Virus genome (UHGV): UHGV-1730386
Direction: 5' to 3' (one strand)
From: a virus
Length of the DNA: 14,943 nucleotides
In this document: positions 13,667-14,943 of the stretch, in pieces
Layout: each line of letters begins with the position of its first letter
How positions within the stretch are numbered: position 1 is the stretch's first letter
Made by a program: the position numbers and the translations under genes
Notes under the pieces: generated by a model
Told to the model about the DNA's origin: nothing
Databases searched by the model: none
What the model saw: only the letters and a program-made list of their open reading frames with translations

Positions 13667-14943
13667 ATGATTAAAACTATTCGCAAATCTAACGGAAACG
13701 TTGTAACATTCGAGCCTGAACGTTTGAATAAGTGGGCTTCATGGGCTGACAAACGAGGTATTATCTGGTCAGAAGTTACAATGGAAGCTATGAAACGTGT
13801 CTATGAAGGTTGCACCACTAAAGAGATGCACCAAGCTATGATTGACGTTTGTATTGATAAGCAAAGTCAAGAATACTCTGACATGGCTGGACGACTTCTG
13901 TTAGGTATTATCTATAAAGAAGCTTTTGGTGGATTCACTAAAGTTCCAAATCTTTACGTATTTGTTAAGAATATGGAAGAGTCAGGTTTATGGGAGAAGA
14001 TGGATTACTCACGAGAAGAGTTAGAATACCTTCAAGGCTTCATCGTTCACTCAAAAGATATCTCCTATGGTTATGCAGTACTGAAACAGTTCCGTGACAA
14101 GTACGGAATCCGTGACATTAAAACTGGACAACTCTTTGAGTCACCTCAGTTTATGTTTATGGGAATGGCTATGAAAGCCTTTGAGAGACAGCCTAAGCAC
14201 CGTCGCTTAGAGGATGTTATCAAGCTGTATACTTATCTGTCAGACTTGAAAATTAATGCTCCAACTCCTTACCTGAATGGTTTGAGAGCTACTAAGTCAG
14301 GTTATGCTTCATGCTGCTTGATTAAAGCTAACGATACCGCTGAATCACTTGGTATTGCTACAAAGGTAGCTTATGATATGACTACAAAGCAAGCTGGTAT
14401 TGGTATGCTTATGGAGACCAGAACGATTGGTGACGGGATTCGTCAGAATACCATTGAGCATATGGGGAAACTCCCTTATTATAAGCTTGTACGTGCTGCT
14501 GTAGAGGCTAATAAACAAAAGAGTAGAGGTGGTTCAGCGAACAACTTCTACACTGCTCTTGACCCTCAGATTGAAGATTTACTTCGTCTGAAGCACCCTA
14601 CAACGGTTACTTCAAAGCGTATTAATGAGATGGATTACTCATTTGGAACAAACGATTACTTCTGGCAATGTGTGCAGTATGATACAGATTGGCTACTATT
14701 CTCTTACAAGGACGCTCCAAAATTGTATGATATGTTCTACACAGCAAGTGCAGATGAGTTTGCAATGGCTGTTGGACATGCGGTTCACACTGGTGTTAAA
14801 CATAAGCGAGTAAAAGCTCGTGAGATTGCTAAGTTGTTTATCCAGCAACGTTATGCAACTGGTCGTGTTTATCCGTTCTTTACGAACAACGCAAACACAC
14901 ATACGCCGTTCAAAGAACCTTTGAAAATGTCTAACCTGTGCAT
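13667..14943 (+). CDS. nrdA: ribonucleoside-diphosphate reductase large subunit (class I, NrdA), N-terminal 425 aa; 3' end beyond window
   Basis: ATG 13667 with AGGA upstream; stop-free to the window end, so absent from the track. N-terminal ATP-cone-like segment (IRKSNGNVVTFEPERL). Segments recalled as closely matching E. coli NrdA: FESPQFMFMGMAM, INAPTPYLNGLRATKSGYASCCLI, RINEMDYSFGTN, YATGRVYPFFTNNANTHTPF, and the terminal SNLC. Confidence 0.9.
   Translation, partial: MIKTIRKSNGNVVTFEPERLNKWASWADKRGIIWSEVTMEAMKRVYEGCTTKEMHQAMIDVCIDKQSQEYSDMAGRLLLGIIYKEAFGGFTKVPNLYVFVKNMEESGLWEKMDYSREELEYLQGFIVHSKDISYGYAVLKQFRDKYGIRDIKTGQLFESPQFMFMGMAMKAFERQPKHRRLEDVIKLYTYLSDLKINAPTPYLNGLRATKSGYASCCLIKANDTAESLGIATKVAYDMTTKQAGIGMLMETRTIGDGIRQNTIEHMGKLPYYKLVRAAVEANKQKSRGGSANNFYTALDPQIEDLLRLKHPTTVTSKRINEMDYSFGTNDYFWQCVQYDTDWLLFSYKDAPKLYDMFYTASADEFAMAVGHAVHTGVKHKRVKAREIAKLFIQQRYATGRVYPFFTNNANTHTPFKEPLKMSNLC

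Noticed and set aside
14625-14902. 62-aa and 68-aa ORFs near the window end
   Set aside because: They lie inside the nrdA coding region, whose translation is unmistakably NrdA-like.
1-14943. CRISPR array, transposase or integrase
   Set aside because: No regularly spaced direct repeats, no terminal inverted repeats and no recombinase-like ORF; the only repeats are short palindromes in the control region and codon-level repeats in the acidic tail.

Overview
This window reads as a bacteriophage DNA replication and nucleotide-metabolism module, organised as two divergent gene blocks around an AT-rich 259-bp control region (4629..4887). The leftward block (minus strand) encodes a family A DNA polymerase (1929..4628), four small tightly coupled ORFs, and an ATP-dependent DNA ligase whose reading frame breaks near 380..420. 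The rightward block (plus strand) encodes two unknown proteins, a dNMP kinase, a T7 gp4-like primase-helicase, a candidate SSB with an acidic tail, a 5'-3' exonuclease, a GIY-YIG-like nuclease, a possible MazG/glutaredoxin-like protein, and the N-terminal 425 aa of ribonucleotide reductase NrdA, which runs off the window end. No tRNA, rRNA, CRISPR array or transposase was found. All functional calls come from motifs read by eye in the ORF translations; no database search was run, and I cannot point to one demonstrably novel system, only to the candidates listed in the findings.
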